Below, in pieces: positions 8,139 through 10,502 of a DNA stretch of 10,502 bases (positions within the stretch are counted from its first letter, which is position 1; every line of letters starts with the position of its first letter). Source of the DNA: Fimbriimonadales bacterium (GTDB taxonomy: Bacteria > Armatimonadota > Fimbriimonadia > Fimbriimonadales > JABRVX01); contig BTVI01000068.1 in assembly GCA_045862955.1 (NCBI GenBank), forward strand, positions 1-10,502, given 5' to 3'. A model generated the notes under the pieces. It saw only the letters and a list, made by a program, of their open reading frames with translations, did no database searches and was not told where the DNA came from. Made by a program: the position numbers and the translations under genes.

Positions 8139-9482
8139 ATGGGTGCGCGTAGACTGCTGACAGTGTTCTTAGTCCTGGTGCTGACGATGCCGTTCGTGGT
8201 GTCGGGCCAGGAGCCTTGGGTCGCCCCCTACCTCGACGGCCTCAAAGCTGCGAAGGAAAAGGATTGGGGTACGGCACGGGGCGCTTTCGAAGCTGCTATC
8301 GCCATCCGAGCCGAGGACTCCAGCAGCCAAGTATGGTTCAAGCGGGGGCCCACCCAACGCGACCTCTGGCGAGGAGGTGCACCCTACACCCCGAACTTCG
8401 CCGCAGCGTACTGCACCTATCGGCTGGCAGTCGAGAGCGCCGACGGGGCGGTAGCGCGCTCGCACTACGAAGATGCTGCGAAGCGTCTCAGCGGCCTGCT
8501 CGCCAAGGAGCAATACGCGCCACTGATATACGCTCTGCTCGTCGCCTCGTACACGGCGATGGGGGACGAGGCCAAGAAGACGGAAGTCCTCTCCGACTAC
8601 GCACAGAAGAAAGCGGCCAATCTGCTGAAGTTCCGCGTCGACACCGAGTTTGTGCTCCCCGAAGACCTCGCCGCGACGAAGAAGCTGAACGGCACTCCGG
8701 CGACCGGCAACGGGGAGTCGACAGGTCCCAAACCCGCAGTGCAGAGCGACTTGGCCACGGGACCCGTGCCCTACAACCCCCTCAAACACGCCATTCTCAT
8801 CGGCAACTCCCGATACCACGGCTCCATCGGCGACGTGCCCAACGCAGTCAACGACTGCTACCTCATGCGTGACGCGCTGACGAAGCATGCCGGCTATGAC
8901 CCGGCGAACGTCGTCATCCTGGCCGAGCCGACTTACGAGGAGATGCTCTCCGGGGTGCAGCAGTTCGCCGCTAAGCTTCCGCCGGGGGCCATCGTGTTCT
9001 TCTTCTACACGGGTGCCGGAAGGGTCAACACCGCCGACAAAGTGGACTATCTCATCCCCAACGGCGCACCCAATCGAGACGCATTCAGTTCGTTTGTTCG
9101 GAAGAACGATCTACTGCAAATGTTCGTAGGAAAAGCAGAGAGGACGATCGCGGTCTTTCAGGTGGATCGTCTGCTGGAACCAAACGGAATGTGCTTCGGT
9201 GACGATCTACCCGTTGGTGGCTCGATTGCATACGTGCGAGCCTGTATGTCCGGTGAACGTTGTCAGACGAAGCTAACACCGAGCGGCATCAACGGCCTTT
9301 GGGCCTCCGCTGCCGCCTGGGTCCTGGAGAACCGCATGCGAGGACCCCGAATCGCAATCGAGAGCTTCTGCTGGGAGATCCTGGATCGCGTGCTCTCGGT
9401 GAATTCTGGGGCAAGGGCGGAGTCGCGGCAGACACCGCTGCTCCCGAACTACTCGCTGCTTCCGCAGGACTCTACGTTTTGA
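8139..9482 (+). CDS. Exported or membrane-anchored protein: helical TPR-like region + linker + inactive caspase-fold (peptidase C14-like) domain, ~447 aa
   Basis: SD-like GGCGGTGA before ATG 8139 (GTG 8130 is an alternative). Hydrophobic N-terminus RRLLTVFLVLVLTMPFVVSG; TPR-like helices YLDGLKAAKEKDWGTARGAFEAAIAI; P/T/G linker; from 8784 the C14 pattern HAILIGNSRY..DVPNAVND...MRDAL...GY...VFFFYTGAG...DYLIP, and terminal QTP. The catalytic His and Cys positions are substituted. Confidence 0.8.
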   Translation: MGARRLLTVFLVLVLTMPFVVSGQEPWVAPYLDGLKAAKEKDWGTARGAFEAAIAIRAEDSSSQVWFKRGPTQRDLWRGGAPYTPNFAAAYCTYRLAVESADGAVARSHYEDAAKRLSGLLAKEQYAPLIYALLVASYTAMGDEAKKTEVLSDYAQKKAANLLKFRVDTEFVLPEDLAATKKLNGTPATGNGESTGPKPAVQSDLATGPVPYNPLKHAILIGNSRYHGSIGDVPNAVNDCYLMRDALTKHAGYDPANVVILAEPTYEEMLSGVQQFAAKLPPGAIVFFFYTGAGRVNTADKVDYLIPNGAPNRDAFSSFVRKNDLLQMFVGKAERTIAVFQVDRLLEPNGMCFGDDLPVGGSIAYVRACMSGERCQTKLTPSGINGLWASAAAWVLENRMRGPRIAIESFCWEILDRVLSVNSGARAESRQTPLLPNYSLLPQDSTF

Positions 9483-9555
9483 TGTCACCGGCGATGGGCC
9501 GAACCGAAGGCTGAATGCCGCAGCCGCTCGACCGCATACTCGACCATGAGGCGCT

Positions 9556-10428
9556 ATGCATAGCATCGCTGACCACTCTGCATCTAGAATGGCCGTACGC
9601 CGGCTGGCGGGGGACCAAGCCGAACGCTACCAGCGCGAGGTCCTACTGCCCAGCCTCGCGCGACTTACGGGCGCCTCGAACCCCACCCTGCCAAGCGTTC
9701 TGGAAGCCTGGGAAAGCCCTCTCGCCGTGTTGCGCGCTTTCCTCGGGCACTATGCCTTTTCCCGGCGCGGCACGGTCGGCGAAACCTATGCACAGATCGC
9801 GGTGCAGGCATTGCAGAACCGGTTTCCGTCGCCAGAAGCATTCGAGCGTGCGCTGCGTGCCGCCGACCCACCCTCCATGTGGGAGGAAATGCTCGCGGAG
9901 TGTGAGCGCCGCAAGAAGAAACCGAACGAACAGCTGAATCGCTGGATGCTGGATGGCCTGCTGGCACTGGTTCATGCCATCTACCGTGAGGACGGCGTGG
10001 GCAATCTCTTCCACTGGACGCGCGACCGGGTCATTCAGACCGAGCAGGTGCATACCGTCTTCGATGCCATCGTAGACATTCGGGGCGTCGGACCCAAGAT
10101 CGCGTCGCTCCTCCTTCGAGACTTGGCTTGGCTCTATCGCCTGGAGGAGCGTATCGCACCCGTGGACCGCCTGCTGCTGCAGCCGGTTGACGGTTGGACG
10201 CGGCGGATCGCAGACCTGTTGTCCGAGGAGGTCTCCAGCGAGACCACTCCCGACTGGGTGATTGCCGGGAAACTGTCTAAGCTAGCGCGACGCTGCGGCG
10301 TATCCGGAGTCGCGCTGAACATGGGCATCCAGTACTTCGGGTCCATCGAGGTTCGTGTGGTGCACCACCTCCCTCGCGCCTTCGCTGCCCTCGTCGAGAC
10401 CGAATCTCGCTCCACCGCGACGGGCTAA
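9556..10428 (+). CDS. HhH-GPD superfamily DNA glycosylase/AP-lyase-like protein, ~290 aa
   Basis: Helix-hairpin-helix IVDIRGVGPKIASLLLRD (10078-10120) with Lys at the Nth K120-equivalent position, followed by QPVDGWTRRI (Asp at 10189-10191). No 4Fe-4S Cys cluster. Start uncertain (9556 or 9589). Confidence 0.75.
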   Translation: MHSIADHSASRMAVRRLAGDQAERYQREVLLPSLARLTGASNPTLPSVLEAWESPLAVLRAFLGHYAFSRRGTVGETYAQIAVQALQNRFPSPEAFERALRAADPPSMWEEMLAECERRKKKPNEQLNRWMLDGLLALVHAIYREDGVGNLFHWTRDRVIQTEQVHTVFDAIVDIRGVGPKIASLLLRDLAWLYRLEERIAPVDRLLLQPVDGWTRRIADLLSEEVSSETTPDWVIAGKLSKLARRCGVSGVALNMGIQYFGSIEVRVVHHLPRAFAALVETESRSTATG

Positions 10429-10433
10429 CCGGC

Positions 10434-10502
10434 CTAGCTAGGTCTGCCTCTCTCTTCCCGAGGTGTGTGGACCGGGGACTTAGGCTGCCGGTGTTCGGCA
10501 AC
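10434..10502 (-). CDS. Possible 3' tail of a convergent gene entering from the right edge
   Basis: A minus-strand frame is open from 10502 to TAG at 10436-10434 (VAEHRQPKSPVHTPREERGRPS*). Too short to verify. Confidence 0.2.
   Translation of the reverse strand, partial: VAEHRQPKSPVHTPREERGRPS

Noticed and set aside
10433..10444. CCTAGCTAGG palindrome resembling CTAGGCTAGGTC at 808-819 (possible target-site duplication)
   Set aside because: Only ~7 nt shared, explainable by TAG stop codons of minus-strand frames; the enclosed region has housekeeping-type genes and no integrase or transposase.

Overview
GC-rich bacterial chromosomal window from a probable diderm (it encodes an outer-membrane beta-barrel and a likely LptA/OstA-like fragment). 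Left to right: (1) the 3' end of an LptA/OstA-like gene; (2) a ~530-bp intergenic array of five 98-bp units, each built from two inverted 26-nt hairpins (REP/BIME/REPIN-like), inside a block duplication that also copied the upstream gene's 3' end; (3) a divergent GH65 glycoside phosphorylase/hydrolase on the minus strand; (4) a Nif3/YqfO dinuclear metal protein; (5) a putative three-gene cell-envelope operon encoding an exported eight-Ig-domain protein, a FadL/PorV-like barrel, and an exported TPR-like plus caspase-fold protein lacking both catalytic residues; (6) an HhH-GPD DNA glycosylase-like gene. The best candidates for something undescribed are the Ig/barrel/pseudocaspase operon and the double-hairpin array. 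All family calls come from motif recognition by eye; no database searches were run.
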